A program made the position numbers and the translations under genes. 15,567 bases of DNA, taken from assembly GCA_013202895.1 (NCBI GenBank), contig JABMPR010000293.1, forward strand, positions 1 through 15,567, read 5' to 3'. This document shows positions 8,672-15,567 of this stretch, in pieces. The first letter of the stretch is position 1; every line of letters starts with the position of its first letter. Under the pieces are notes generated by a model. It was given only the letters and a program-made list of their open reading frames with translations. It did not search any database and was not told the DNA's origin. The stretch comes from a bacterium (GTDB lineage Bacteria; Fidelibacterota; UBA8477; JABMPR01).

Positions 8672-9265
8672 ATGGAAAGTTTAAAGCTGATTCTGGGAAG
8701 CGGCTCCCCTAGAAGAAAAGAATTATTGAGTAAAATTGGCCTGCCCTTCGAAGTTTATCCCAGCTCTGTGATAGAACCGCCCTTTGACGAGGGTGATCCC
8801 ATAGATTATGCTATCCAATTGGCTGCTCTCAAAGCCAGTGATATTTCCGGCAAATTCCCTGATGCTATTGTTGTAGGTGCAGATACTATCGTGTTGCTGG
8901 ATGATCAAGTCTTGGGTAAACCCCGTGATCCAGATCAGGCTCGATACATGCTTCAATTACTTTCTGCTCGTACCCATCATGTAATTACTGGCTACAGTAT
9001 ACAGCATAAAAACCTCAACATTCATCATGACACACATGTGCTTACAAAAGTGCATTTCAAAGTCTTAAGCGATGCTGAAATAAGTAGCTATGTTAATAAT
9101 GGTGATCCCTTCGATAAAGCTGGGGCATATGGTATTCAGGATTATTCAAGTATATTTGTCGATCACCTAGAGGGCTGTTTCTATAATGTTATGGGATTCC
9201 CCATTTCAAATTTTTATTCAACTCTAAACAGACTGCTGGATGAAAATAATCTTACCATAAGGTGA
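8672..9265 (+). CDS. maf: Maf family nucleoside triphosphate pyrophosphatase
   Basis: LILGSGSPRRKELLSKIGLPFEV, DAIVVGADTIVLLDDQVLGKPRDPDQARYMLQLLSARTHHVITGY, DPFDKAGAYGIQDYSSIFVDHLEGCFYNVMGFP; start codon directly abuts the preceding stop. Confidence 0.95.
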   Translation: MESLKLILGSGSPRRKELLSKIGLPFEVYPSSVIEPPFDEGDPIDYAIQLAALKASDISGKFPDAIVVGADTIVLLDDQVLGKPRDPDQARYMLQLLSARTHHVITGYSIQHKNLNIHHDTHVLTKVHFKVLSDAEISSYVNNGDPFDKAGAYGIQDYSSIFVDHLEGCFYNVMGFPISNFYSTLNRLLDENNLTIR

Positions 9266-9392
9266 GAATTCGGATAAAATCTAATATACCAGATACTCAG
9301 AATTGAATAAAAGGTTTGCAGGACACCTCTGGGGGCTTGATTTACACAGAAAAATACTTAAACTCAGCAGCTATCAATGAAGAGGAGCTGCC

Positions 9393-10187
9393 GTGGCATT
9401 TCATGAAGATTTAAGAAACTATCGCCTCAAAAAGGGACTCATTCTGGAGGAGATCTCCGAAGATACTAAAATCAACATCCGGATCCTCCAAGCCCTTGAA
9501 CAAGGCGATTATCATATCCTGCCAGTTCCCTATGTTCGACTATTTATGAAAGCCTATGCCCAGTCAATCGATTATCCTGTTGAGGATATTTTACGTGGCT
9601 TGGAAAATGAACTCAAGCTTACGGGTGAGCAGGGAGCCTTAAATCAGATCCAATCTGATTCAGTTGCTTCAATGGATATGACCGGAGCCACTTTTTCAGG
9701 GGCACAGAATCTTTTTCAGGGGGAGAAGACAACTCAAAGCAATATTCCCCGGCTCTTGGGTGGTATAGTGATCTTGGTCGTCGTTATCATTTTTGGCAAA
9801 AGTTTACTCAAACCGGAAACACCTAGGAATTTGGTTTCACAAGGGCATTTGCTCCCGTCCATGAATATCAGTCAAACACTGGAGTCAGTGTCCATTTCAG
9901 ACTCCGCACTGGCAGCACACTCTGATAGCCTAACTATTACTTCTGTTGATTTTTTGTCCATCATTCGCCAGGACGGATTGACGAACGTGGATACCATCTA
10001 CCAGGAACCTGGTAAAAACTATTCTCTGATTCTCAGCGATTCAACACAGCTTAAATTATACCCCGGCGATGCAGCCCTCATTTCAATCAGTCAGGATACC
10101 ATTCCTGGATCACCTTTTAGTAATTCCTGGTTAGTAATCTCAACCGATTCCAAAGGAAGTCGCTTAAACACATATCCTACGCTCTAA
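9393..10187 (+). CDS. RodZ-like membrane protein with N-terminal helix-turn-helix domain
   Basis: GTG start at 9393 with AGGAG at 9383-9387; FHEDLRNYRLKKGLILEEISEDTKINIRILQALEQGDYHILPVPYVRLFMKAYAQSIDYPVEDIL (RodZ/HTH_25 type); single TM LGGIVILVVVIIFGKSL; C-terminal periplasmic portion. Confidence 0.8.
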   Translation: MAFHEDLRNYRLKKGLILEEISEDTKINIRILQALEQGDYHILPVPYVRLFMKAYAQSIDYPVEDILRGLENELKLTGEQGALNQIQSDSVASMDMTGATFSGAQNLFQGEKTTQSNIPRLLGGIVILVVVIIFGKSLLKPETPRNLVSQGHLLPSMNISQTLESVSISDSALAAHSDSLTITSVDFLSIIRQDGLTNVDTIYQEPGKNYSLILSDSTQLKLYPGDAALISISQDTIPGSPFSNSWLVISTDSKGSRLNTYPTL

Positions 10188-10560
10188 GCGCAAGATCTGG
10201 ATACCTGCTTCAATTATTCAAAATCTTATGGGACTGCTACCCACGGGCATCATTCAAAGCATAAAAGCTCTTAAAAATATTTAGTCATATAGGCTCTCCC
10301 GGAAAACTCTAGTATAAGACCACTTCTATAAAATAAGTTCTGCTATGCCTCCCAGGGTGTAGCTATCCTCATTATTTTGAGAATACATCGGATTTGTCTT
10401 CTGTCCAAACCAGTATTGAATACAGCAGTCCCGGTCCAGACGATTCTCTGGATTTGTCCATCTCATCAATAATTTAATCATTTAAATCTAAAAACTACTC
10501 TTAGGGGAAACCCCGCAAGCGACCTGATTGTCACATAATTTTACATTTTGTTCTTGCTCG

Positions 10561-10609
10561 GTGGGTAAATTTCCCTATTTTGGAACAATAGTGGGTAATT
10601 ATCCCTATA
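10561..10609 (+). repeat. Two-copy direct repeat GTGGGTAAWTWTCCCTATW upstream of mraZ
   Basis: Copy 1 GTGGGTAAATTTCCCTATT (10561-10579), copy 2 GTGGGTAATTATCCCTATA (10591-10609): 16/19 identical, exactly 30 bp apart. Confidence 0.85.
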
Positions 10610-10611
10610 AT
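10580..10611 (+). promoter_or_regulatory. Candidate promoter of the mraZ-led cluster
   Basis: Perfect -10 TATAAT at 10606-10611; -35 not clear (TTGGAA at 10580-10585 with a long 20-nt spacer, or GGAACA at 10582-10587 with an 18-nt spacer). Confidence 0.5.
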
Positions 10612-10628
10612 TAAAGCTGAAACGGGAA

Positions 10629-11090
10629 ATGGGAACACAAACATTTACAGGCGAGTTTCGTTATTCAATCGATTTAAAGGGTCGATTGAATATTCCTGCG
10701 AAATTCAGAAAAGCGCTACCGGAGTCCAGTGAGGACACATTTGTAGTGATTCGCGGCCTTGATGAAAATATCGTGGCTTACTCTCTGGATAAATGGCGGC
10801 AAAGAGAAGAGGATTTGCTGAAGCTCTCTTCCATCAAGCCTGAGCATCGTAATTTCAAACGCCAGGCGACACGTTTTGCCACCCCTCTCAAATTTGATAG
10901 CCAGGGTCGTGTAGCGATTCCTGCCAATCTCCTGAAATATGCAGGGATTGATAAAGACGTCGTGATTATTGGGATGATCGACGAAATCGAAATTTGGGAT
11001 CCGGCTGTATTAGAACGCTATGAGGAAACTGAGTTCCAACTTGATGCTGAGGATATTGAAGCCATTGATAATTATACTAGATCGTCGTGA
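10629..11090 (+). CDS. mraZ: Transcriptional regulator MraZ
   Basis: 153 aa; FTGEFRYSIDLKGRLNIPAKFRKALP and ATPLKFDSQGRVAIPANLLKYAGIDKDVVIIGMIDEIEIWDP, the two AbrB-like MraZ repeats. Confidence 0.96.
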   Translation: MGTQTFTGEFRYSIDLKGRLNIPAKFRKALPESSEDTFVVIRGLDENIVAYSLDKWRQREEDLLKLSSIKPEHRNFKRQATRFATPLKFDSQGRVAIPANLLKYAGIDKDVVIIGMIDEIEIWDPAVLERYEETEFQLDAEDIEAIDNYTRSS

Positions 11091-12037
11091 CCACTGCAGA
11101 CCGGCTGCAATTTCGTCATACACCAGTAATGGTGAACGAAGTTTGCGCTCTGCTGATCAACAATCGTTCTGGAGTATATGTAGATGGCACCTTTGGACTC
11201 GGCGGACATTCAAAAGCTCTCTCCTCCCAGCTAAATTCTGATGCGACCCTGATCGGTATCGATCAGGATGATACCACACTCGCTCAATTCTCTCCTTCCT
11301 TAGTCCAGCAAAACTTGCACCTCGTGTGCACGAATTTTGAGAATTTGGATCAGGTACTTAGTGACCTGAACATCCCACAAGTCCATGGGATTCTATTAGA
11401 TCTGGGTTTGAATTCTTTTTCACTCGATGACCCGGAACGTGGATTCGCTTTTAGCCTTCAAGGACCCCTGGACATGCGTTTTGACAGATCGAATGAGATA
11501 AGTGCCGAAACTGTGCTAAATAGCTATTCACAGGAAAAATTGGCAGAGATTATTTATCGATATGGCGAAGAAAGGAACAGTCGCAGGATTGCTCGTAGGA
11601 TTGTGGAAATGAGAACAGAGAAGAGACTCACTCAAACTGATGAACTTAAGCTAGCGGTTATAAAAAGCATAGGACCGCGTTTTCAAAATAAATCTTTAGC
11701 ACGTGTGTTTCAGGCCATTCGGATCGAAGTCAATCGCGAGCTTGATGTGCTATCCATTATACTAAATACTGCTTTGCAGGTTCTTGCCCCCGCTGGACGC
11801 CTGGCGGTAATCAGTTACCACTCCCTGGAGGATCGTATAGTCAAGACTCACTTTCGCGAGCTGGCACTTGATATTCCCGAACAACCTGGTATGCGGAAGG
11901 ATGAGATTAAAATACCCCTTCTTAAAAGAATTACATCTAAGCCGGTAATCGCCTCTCAGTCAGAAATGCTTGCTAATCCCCGATCGCGCAGCGCAAAACT
12001 TCGCGTTGCTGAAAGGACTGAACATGCGATCAACTGA
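11087..12037 (+). CDS. rsmH: 16S rRNA (cytosine(1402)-N(4))-methyltransferase
   Basis: FRHTPVMVNEVCALL, GVYVDGTFGLGGHSKALSS, GILLDLGLNSFSLDDPERGFAFSLQGPLDMRFD, ISYHSLEDRIVK; GTG start overlapping the mraZ stop (GTGA, 11087-11090). Confidence 0.97.
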   Translation: MTTADRLQFRHTPVMVNEVCALLINNRSGVYVDGTFGLGGHSKALSSQLNSDATLIGIDQDDTTLAQFSPSLVQQNLHLVCTNFENLDQVLSDLNIPQVHGILLDLGLNSFSLDDPERGFAFSLQGPLDMRFDRSNEISAETVLNSYSQEKLAEIIYRYGEERNSRRIARRIVEMRTEKRLTQTDELKLAVIKSIGPRFQNKSLARVFQAIRIEVNRELDVLSIILNTALQVLAPAGRLAVISYHSLEDRIVKTHFRELALDIPEQPGMRKDEIKIPLLKRITSKPVIASQSEMLANPRSRSAKLRVAERTEHAIN

Positions 12038-12323
12038 AACGATGCGTGAGATTTTGAAAACCATCGTTTATATCGGATTGGTTCCCGTTGTGGCAGGGCT
12101 CTTGTTCTTATATGTGTGGCTGGGAGAAGAGGTTAGAGCCAGCGCAATTGAACTGGAAAGCTTGAAAGCTCGAGAGATTAAGCTCCGGGGTGAATATAAT
12201 TTAGTTCAAAATGAGAGAAATCGCCTCCATAGACCAGATAATCTCTCCAAATTAGCTCGTGAAAAACTGGGCTTGATCCAGCCTGATCCCGAGACCCTTA
12301 AAATCCGGGTAACCCTTCCATGA
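12024..12323 (+). CDS. ftsL: FtsL-like cell division protein
   Basis: Position between rsmH and ftsI; short bitopic protein with TM IVYIGLVPVVAGLLFLYVWLG and a coiled-coil-like segment ending LAREKLGLIQPDPETLKIRV; ATG 12024 is preceded by GAAAGGA. The ORF-track start at TTG 11970 is unlikely. Confidence 0.85.
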   Translation: MRSTETMREILKTIVYIGLVPVVAGLLFLYVWLGEEVRASAIELESLKAREIKLRGEYNLVQNERNRLHRPDNLSKLAREKLGLIQPDPETLKIRVTLP

Positions 12324-14290
12324 GCATGACCTATAAAAAATTTCGCGGTCGCTATATCAGCGTAGTAATCACCTCAATTTTGATTTGGACGGTCATGGTA
12401 ATCCGTATGTTCTACATTCAGGTCATCGATGCTGAAAGTCTAGGATCTGCCATCGAGTCGCGCTTTGAAGCAAAGGTTACGATTGCACCTCTACGCGGCA
12501 ACTTTTATGATCGGAACGGGAAAAAACTTACAGATAATATCGAGCACTTTTCCTTTTCCGCCCGGCCGTCAGAAATTAAAGATAGAGACGCCATTGCGCG
12601 CCTATTTAGCAAAACTTTCAATAAATCTAAGGCTCACTATTTAAATAAATTAAACTCAAATAAATCATTTGTTTACCTCGAGCGAAACGTGAATCCCCTC
12701 ATGGGGAGAGAGTTGAGTCAAGGCCCTCTCCCAGTTGGTGTGCAGGTGGAAACAGATGTCCGACGTTACTACCCATATGGTAATATTGCTGCACCATTAA
12801 TAGGCTATGTCGGTACGGATAACCATGGCCTGTCTGGTTTGGAATCACACTATGATCACCAATTAGCAGGTATTGAGGGATGGAAGGAACTTGGGTCTGA
12901 CGGTCATGGCAACACCCGTATCCGTGGAGATTTCAAAGAGCAAAAACCTTTTAACGGTAACGATTGTTATCTCACGATTGATGTAGATATCCAGGTCATT
13001 ATAGAAGAAGAATTAAAATCAGCTGTTGAGCGTCACAATGCCGATAAAGCAATGGCGGTTCTTGTATCACCGAAAACAGGTGAGGTGATAGCCCTGGCGA
13101 ACTGGCCAGGTTTTAATCCAAATACAAGATCTGAAATAACACAAGCTGCCCTCACCTCCCACCCCATTATGTCTGCTTTCGAACCAGGTTCAACATTTAA
13201 GGTTATTGGCGCTACCGCCCTTTTGGAAGAAAGTCGTATCCAGCCCATGGATGTCATCTATTGTGAAGAAGGTGAGTTCCAGATACACGGTATTACAATA
13301 AAGGATTGGCGCTCCTTCGAAAATCTTACGTTTTCAGAAGTAATGCAAAATTCATCAAACATTGGTGTTATCAAGGCGATGGAATTACTGGATAATGCAA
13401 AATTCTTCTCCCAAGCCAGAAAATTCGGTTTTAGCGAAAAAAGTGGTGTCCAATTCCCCTATGAAAATCAAGGATCCTTAAAGAATAATAAATTTTGGTC
13501 ATCGGTTTCGAAATCAGAAATTTCTATTGGTTATGAGGTTGCGGTTACAACATTGCAATTAGCCATGGCCTATTCTGCAATCAGTAATGGCGGGGTCCTG
13601 CTGAAACCTCAACTGATTGAGAAATTTAGAACTCCTGCTGGATACGAACAAAAAGTTGATCAAATGGATGCGATTCGACGCGTGGCATCTGAAAGGACCA
13701 TGCGTACTGTTTCAGACATCCTTGAAAAAGCTGTTTCTCAAGGAACTGGGTTAAATGCCTTTCTCCCTGGTCTCAGGATTGCTGGAAAAACCGGCACTGC
13801 AAAAAAAATAAAAAATGGAGAATATGTGAGCGAATACATCGCGTCCTTTGCAAGTTTTTATCCAGCCCATGATCCAAAATATACGCTTATAGTTGTTGTA
13901 GATAAGCCGCGGAAAGGTGGCTACACCGGTGGTCTGGTCGCTGCTCCAGTCGCTAAAGAGATTTATCGCAGAATATACACCCTGCGGGGGCAGGATCCAG
14001 AGTCAGTCCAGGAATCTCATTCCGTTGCTTCACAAGATCAATATAATGCACCTACTCACTCGCTAAAAGGCAAGCTGCTTAGCTCATCTCTACCGGTTAT
14101 TAGAGCTAATGCCAATAATCTGACTATGCCTGATCTGTTAGGTATGAGTTTGAAAATGAGCCTTTACGGTCTTTACTCAATGGGCCTTAATCCAATAACT
14201 CAAGGTAGTGGTCGTGTTATCCGGCAAACTCCCGCCGCCGGTAAGCTTGTTGAGACGGGCCAAACCGTAGAGATATACCTCGGTGATTGA
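12320..14290 (+). CDS. ftsI: Class B penicillin-binding protein (FtsI/PBP3-like transpeptidase) with C-terminal PASTA domain
   Basis: N-terminal TM; PBP dimerisation region (RGNFYDRNGKKLTDN); active-site motifs EPGSTFKV (SxxK), NSSNIG (SxN), AGKTGTAKK (KTG); C-terminal NLTMPDLLGMSLKMSLYGLYSMGLNPITQGSGRVIRQTPAAGKLVETGQTVEIYLG PASTA-like repeat; ATGA overlap with ftsL. Confidence 0.94.
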   Translation: MSMTYKKFRGRYISVVITSILIWTVMVIRMFYIQVIDAESLGSAIESRFEAKVTIAPLRGNFYDRNGKKLTDNIEHFSFSARPSEIKDRDAIARLFSKTFNKSKAHYLNKLNSNKSFVYLERNVNPLMGRELSQGPLPVGVQVETDVRRYYPYGNIAAPLIGYVGTDNHGLSGLESHYDHQLAGIEGWKELGSDGHGNTRIRGDFKEQKPFNGNDCYLTIDVDIQVIIEEELKSAVERHNADKAMAVLVSPKTGEVIALANWPGFNPNTRSEITQAALTSHPIMSAFEPGSTFKVIGATALLEESRIQPMDVIYCEEGEFQIHGITIKDWRSFENLTFSEVMQNSSNIGVIKAMELLDNAKFFSQARKFGFSEKSGVQFPYENQGSLKNNKFWSSVSKSEISIGYEVAVTTLQLAMAYSAISNGGVLLKPQLIEKFRTPAGYEQKVDQMDAIRRVASERTMRTVSDILEKAVSQGTGLNAFLPGLRIAGKTGTAKKIKNGEYVSEYIASFASFYPAHDPKYTLIVVVDKPRKGGYTGGLVAAPVAKEIYRRIYTLRGQDPESVQESHSVASQDQYNAPTHSLKGKLLSSSLPVIRANANNLTMPDLLGMSLKMSLYGLYSMGLNPITQGSGRVIRQTPAAGKLVETGQTVEIYLGD

Positions 14291-15567
14291 TGAAACTGGC
14301 TAAAGTAATATATCGGCTCTCTGGCATCCAGAAAATCGCTGGTGATCTTGACTGTGAGATTACCGAAATGACACATGATTCCAGGGATGTTGGATCAAAC
14401 ACTCTATTCATTGCCATGCGTGGGCTTGTATCGGATGGACACGAATTTATTGATAAAGCACTTGAAGCTGGAGCCAAAGCAATTGTTTTTGATCGTTCGG
14501 AAATAATTCTCCCTGGGAATATAGTCTCGATCCTGGTCAACGATTCTCGCCTGGCACTTCCAGTTCTTGCTGCCAATTTCTATGAGCATCCGGAATCTGA
14601 TTTGAATCTAATTGGAATTACCGGGACCAATGGCAAAACCACCTGCAATTATTTCATCCAACATTTATTATCCGCGGGCCAACTGAAGACAGGCAGGATC
14701 GGCACTACAGGGGCTGCATTGGATTCACTTGAGATAGATCTGATACACACAACTCCGGAATCTATCGATCTTTATTCAATCCTTAACACATTTGCAAAAG
14801 CGAATGCAAAAGTTGTAACGCTTGAGGTGTCCTCGCACGCTCTTGCACAACATCGGGTGGATGGTCTGGTTTTCAAAACGGCCATTTTCACAAACCTCAC
14901 TCAAGATCATCTCGATTATCACAATACTTTCGATGATTATCTGGAAGCAAAGCAGCTGCTCTTCACCGGGCTCCCCTCACATGCAATTGCCATAATCAAT
15001 TCAGATGACCCAGCAGCTGAGAAAATCATTTCACAAAGTAACGCTCGGGTCGTTCGCTATGGATATGGACCTAAAGCAAATTACCGCATCACAAAAAGCA
15101 TCTTAAATGATCGTGGCATTGAACTGCATATACAAACGCCTAATGAAGCATTTGTTGTCCAGGTTAATACTATTGGCAAGTACAACACCTATAATTTTCT
15201 AGCTGTCTTCACTGTCGCCCTGGAAATGGGTTGTGAAAGCGGTCTTATTGTCAAAGCATCCGAAAGTCTGCCAGCAGTTCCTGGTCGTCTGGAAAAGATG
15301 GTTAATACAGCACCCTTTAAAGTTTTCATCGATTATGCCCACACACCAGATGCCATGCAAACTGTCCTGGAAACCTTAGGTGAAGCCTACCCGTCGAATC
15401 GGATTATAACAGTTTTTGGCTGTGGTGGGGATCGTGATAAAGGGAAACGTCCAATAATGGGTGAGATTGCCACCAGGTTATCAACCTTTTGCATTATTAC
15501 TGATGATAATCCCAGATCAGAGTCACCCATGGATATCATAAAAGAGATAGAATCCGGCTGCGGGTCC
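14290..15567 (+). CDS. murE: UDP-N-acetylmuramoyl-tripeptide synthetase MurE, partial (runs off the window end)
   Basis: Manually translated open frame of 426 codons not in the ORF track: MKLAKVIYRLSGIQKIAGDLDCEITEMTHDSRDVGSNTLFIAMRG...IGITGTNGKTTCNYFIQHLL...TLEVSSHALAQHRVDGLVFKTAIFTNLTQDHLDYH...IDYAHTPDAMQTVLETL...DDNPRSESPMDI; ATG overlaps the ftsI stop (TGATG). Confidence 0.95.
   Translation, partial: MKLAKVIYRLSGIQKIAGDLDCEITEMTHDSRDVGSNTLFIAMRGLVSDGHEFIDKALEAGAKAIVFDRSEIILPGNIVSILVNDSRLALPVLAANFYEHPESDLNLIGITGTNGKTTCNYFIQHLLSAGQLKTGRIGTTGAALDSLEIDLIHTTPESIDLYSILNTFAKANAKVVTLEVSSHALAQHRVDGLVFKTAIFTNLTQDHLDYHNTFDDYLEAKQLLFTGLPSHAIAIINSDDPAAEKIISQSNARVVRYGYGPKANYRITKSILNDRGIELHIQTPNEAFVVQVNTIGKYNTYNFLAVFTVALEMGCESGLIVKASESLPAVPGRLEKMVNTAPFKVFIDYAHTPDAMQTVLETLGEAYPSNRIITVFGCGGDRDKGKRPIMGEIATRLSTFCIITDDNPRSESPMDIIKEIESGCGS

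Noticed and set aside
10435-10465. GATTCTCTGGATTTG-like stretch recalling the tmRNA 5' end consensus
   Set aside because: Only a partial match, with no GGTTCGAATCC-type 3' tRNA-like end or CCA end in the region; most likely chance.
10576-10583. Bacteroidota-type -7 element (TAnnTTTG) in the mraZ upstream region
   Set aside because: The sequence TATTTTG is one base short of the TAnnTTTG spacing and no matching -33 element was seen; the TATAAT at 10606 is a better candidate.
13799-13817. A-rich run (GCAAAAAAAATAAAAAATGG) after the PBP KTG motif as a possible slippage/frameshift site
   Set aside because: The reading frame continues intact through the PASTA domain and encodes AKKIKNG; no alternative downstream frame product is evident.
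14217-14589. Minus-strand ORFs at 14217-14576 and 14404-14589
   Set aside because: Both lie opposite the 3' end of ftsI and the 5' part of murE, whose sense frame is clearly conserved MurE.
1-15567. CRISPR arrays, transposase/integrase genes, prophage or defence islands, tRNA/rRNA
   Set aside because: No spacer-repeat periodicity, no mobile-element protein motifs, and no RNA gene signatures were recognised; the window appears to be core-genome sequence.

Overview
This window reads as ordinary chromosomal sequence from a Gram-negative bacterium. The protein style and the mix of a C25/PorU-like protease with a T9SS-type tail and a dcw cluster suggest the Fibrobacterota-Chlorobiota-Bacteroidota side, possibly a Marinimicrobia-like lineage (inference only). 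All credible genes are on the + strand. In order: a membrane-anchored PpiD/SurA-like peptidyl-prolyl isomerase followed by a strong intrinsic terminator; a small single-CxxCH haem-binding-domain protein; a MotA-like stator gene followed by two different MotB-like genes; a large gingipain-family C25 protein resembling the type IX secretion sortase PorU; Maf; a RodZ-like HTH membrane protein; a roughly 440-nt non-coding region; and the start of a division/cell-wall cluster (mraZ, rsmH, ftsL, PASTA-containing ftsI/pbp, and murE running off the window end). The most interesting observations are: (1) one motA with two tandem, overlapping motB paralogs that share an unusually long OmpA-domain segment, next to the PorU-like gene; (2) a pair of near-identical TGGGT-N5-TCCCT units exactly 30 bp apart, the second abutting a TATAAT, immediately upstream of mraZ; (3) the long unannotated region preceding them. 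No mobile element, CRISPR, tRNA or rRNA was recognised.
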